This document shows, in pieces, positions 29,460 to 31,147 of a stretch of 31,147 nt of DNA. Made by a program: the position numbers and the translations under genes. Numbering within the stretch: position 1 is the stretch's first letter; each line of letters starts with the position of its first letter. The stretch is taken from NCBI GenBank assembly GCA_022844165.1, contig JALHMH010000047.1:1-31147 (forward strand), read 5' to 3'. Source of the DNA: Lysobacterales bacterium (GTDB lineage Bacteria; Pseudomonadota; Gammaproteobacteria; Xanthomonadales; SZUA-5). The notes below the pieces were generated by a model. That model saw only the letters and a program-made list of their open reading frames with translations. It was not told the DNA's origin and made no database searches.

Positions 29460-31010
29460 ATGATTAACGTCCTCAATCCGACCGCAGTATCGACCGCTGG
29501 CGATGCCAGTGCCAAACATCCGCGAGTCAGCGTGGCATTGAACGCACTAAGGATGGCGATGTGCGCCTCAGTGCTATCGGTGGCACTCCCCGGCGGCGCA
29601 TACGCGACCGATTTTTGCGTCGGCAGCGGCGATGACCTGTACCAGGCACTGGAAGAAGCAGAGGGCAACGGTGCATCGGACGTAATCCGCATCCGTGTCG
29701 GGACCATGCGGACGCTGTGGAGTGTTGGCGGTGCTACCTGGAACCTGAACTACTCGCCGTTTGGGGGAGGGGGTGTTGGGGGTCTCTCGATCAGCGGCGG
29801 GTGGAACAGCGATTGCAGCCAACAAACGCTGGATCCAACGCTGACCGTACTGGATGGTCAGAATCTGAGGCCAGTGTTGGGAATCTTTTCGACAGTGCCA
29901 CTTCCTGGTAGAGACAGTATGCAGCTTTCGGTCAGCAACCTGACGCTGGATCGCGGCCGCGCGATCAGCAGCTTCGTGGTCGCAGGCCTGACCGTTCAAC
30001 TCACGGATGGCGTTCAAGGCGATTCCATTTCGGTTGAAAACGTTGTGGTCACGCGCAGCAGTTCGGCGGTTTTTCCTTCTGGCAACGCTGGCCCGCGTGT
30101 TGTCTCTCTCGTTTCCACGGCTGGGAACGTTCGGTTTCGCAATAGCGTCGTCTATAACAACAACGTCTCCGCGGGCTTCGGGGGGAATACCGTATCGGTT
30201 GTCACCGACCAAACCGCAGTCGCTTTGATCAGCAACAACTCGATCTTCGGAAATGTCGGCTCATCCGGGTTTGGCGGCGGAATGCAGGTGTTCGGCGTTG
30301 CCACGTTGAGCAACAACGTGATCGCAGAAAACAGTTCCACCATTTCTTCGGGCACGATGCAACTTTGCATTCTTAGCGCTGCAACCGTGACGCTGGTCAA
30401 CAACCATATACCTGCCCTCGGCTGCAGCGGTGTTCCGTTCAGCAATGTGGGCACGACCGTTGGTGCGGCACAGTGGAGCGGCTCTGGCCCATTCCGTGTA
30501 CCCAATGTTGGCTCGCCGCTTCGCGATAGCGGCACCAATTCGCCGACAGGTGGGCTTGCAACCACGGACGTGCGTGGACTGCCCCGCGTCGTTAACGTCC
30601 TCGTCGATCGCGGCGCGGTTGAGGCGCAACCACCGGCCAACACCGGGCCAACGATCACGGCGTTGGATCCCCTCGCCGGCACTACGACCACTCTGCCCGC
30701 GACAAGCGGCTCGGTTCGTACTGCACAGCTATTCTTTCTGACACAAGCCGGCACCGGAACAGCGCAGACGACCTTGGATTGCGCGGCGACGGCCGGCAAT
30801 GCTGCGGTGACCTTTCGCGGGCAGCAGACCATTAGCAACGGTGGCTGGGCGCTGCCGGTTGATGTGGCCATCGACAATCCGGGACCCGGCGGTGGCAGCG
30901 TGCAAGCGACGTTCGTTTGCGACGTTTCGCGCGAGAACGCCAATAGCTATTCACTGACCTACCAGTTCGTCGTTAGCGACCAGCCGCTGTTCCGTAACGG
31001 TTTCGAGTAA
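29460..31010 (+). CDS. Secreted beta-helix-like protein with choice-of-anchor-Q-like segment and C-terminal LFRNGFE motif
   Basis: GAGG RBS; signal-like segment ending AYA; ISGGWN..C..Q......TVLDG; Asn/Gly-rich repeats; GSPLRDSG...D.RG.PR......DRGAVE; ends DQPLFRNGFE. Start uncertain. Confidence 0.8.
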   Translation: MINVLNPTAVSTAGDASAKHPRVSVALNALRMAMCASVLSVALPGGAYATDFCVGSGDDLYQALEEAEGNGASDVIRIRVGTMRTLWSVGGATWNLNYSPFGGGGVGGLSISGGWNSDCSQQTLDPTLTVLDGQNLRPVLGIFSTVPLPGRDSMQLSVSNLTLDRGRAISSFVVAGLTVQLTDGVQGDSISVENVVVTRSSSAVFPSGNAGPRVVSLVSTAGNVRFRNSVVYNNNVSAGFGGNTVSVVTDQTAVALISNNSIFGNVGSSGFGGGMQVFGVATLSNNVIAENSSTISSGTMQLCILSAATVTLVNNHIPALGCSGVPFSNVGTTVGAAQWSGSGPFRVPNVGSPLRDSGTNSPTGGLATTDVRGLPRVVNVLVDRGAVEAQPPANTGPTITALDPLAGTTTTLPATSGSVRTAQLFFLTQAGTGTAQTTLDCAATAGNAAVTFRGQQTISNGGWALPVDVAIDNPGPGGGSVQATFVCDVSRENANSYSLTYQFVVSDQPLFRNGFE

Positions 31011-31147
31011 CACGATGGCCTAACCCGGATATTTCATGAGGTCGCGATGAAATGGCTTGATTTCGTTGTTACAGCGTGGAAATCATCGAGTTGGTCGTAC
31101 TGACAGAGTGTTCGCTGCCATTTCCTCGCTAACACGGCTGCGCTTCC

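Noticed and set aside
31047-31103. 18-aa ORF MKWLDFVV... with GAGGT RBS
   Set aside because: Too short and at the window edge, with no supporting evidence.

Overview
GC-rich bacterial chromosomal segment. Gene content suggests a Xanthomonadales/Lysobacterales relative (inference from the ECF/Ser-Thr kinase pair, the C-terminal 'LFRNGFE' secreted protein and the lipase/foldase pair). The left end (1-~3130) is an accessory, rearranged zone. It holds the 3' end of an Rhs toxin gene with a 13-Cys, Ntox16-like tip and a coupled ankyrin immunity gene. These are followed by stuttered end-repeats, three tandem ~147-bp palindromic units, and an in-frame chimaera of a GGDEF gene fragment with the C-terminal half of a REP-associated (HUH/Y1) transposase. 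The rest is mostly housekeeping or nutritional: DUF456, gcvT, a Pho-box-preceded TonB receptor plus atypical metallophosphatase, a 142-bp MITE, RidA, Rieske protein, lipase plus foldase, YheT hydrolase, acyltransferase, ChrR-like cupin, sucCD, GbsR-cydAB, a J-like protein, a sigma-54 response regulator, gstA, an acyl-CoA dehydrogenase, and an ECF sigma/Ser-Thr kinase pair divergent from a secreted protein. The most unusual items are the RAYT/repeat-array/Rhs cassette, SucD fused to a ~140-aa histone-H1-like tail with its own internal ribosome-binding site, and the ECF-kinase-'FxNGFE' module. All calls come from motif reading only; no searches were run.
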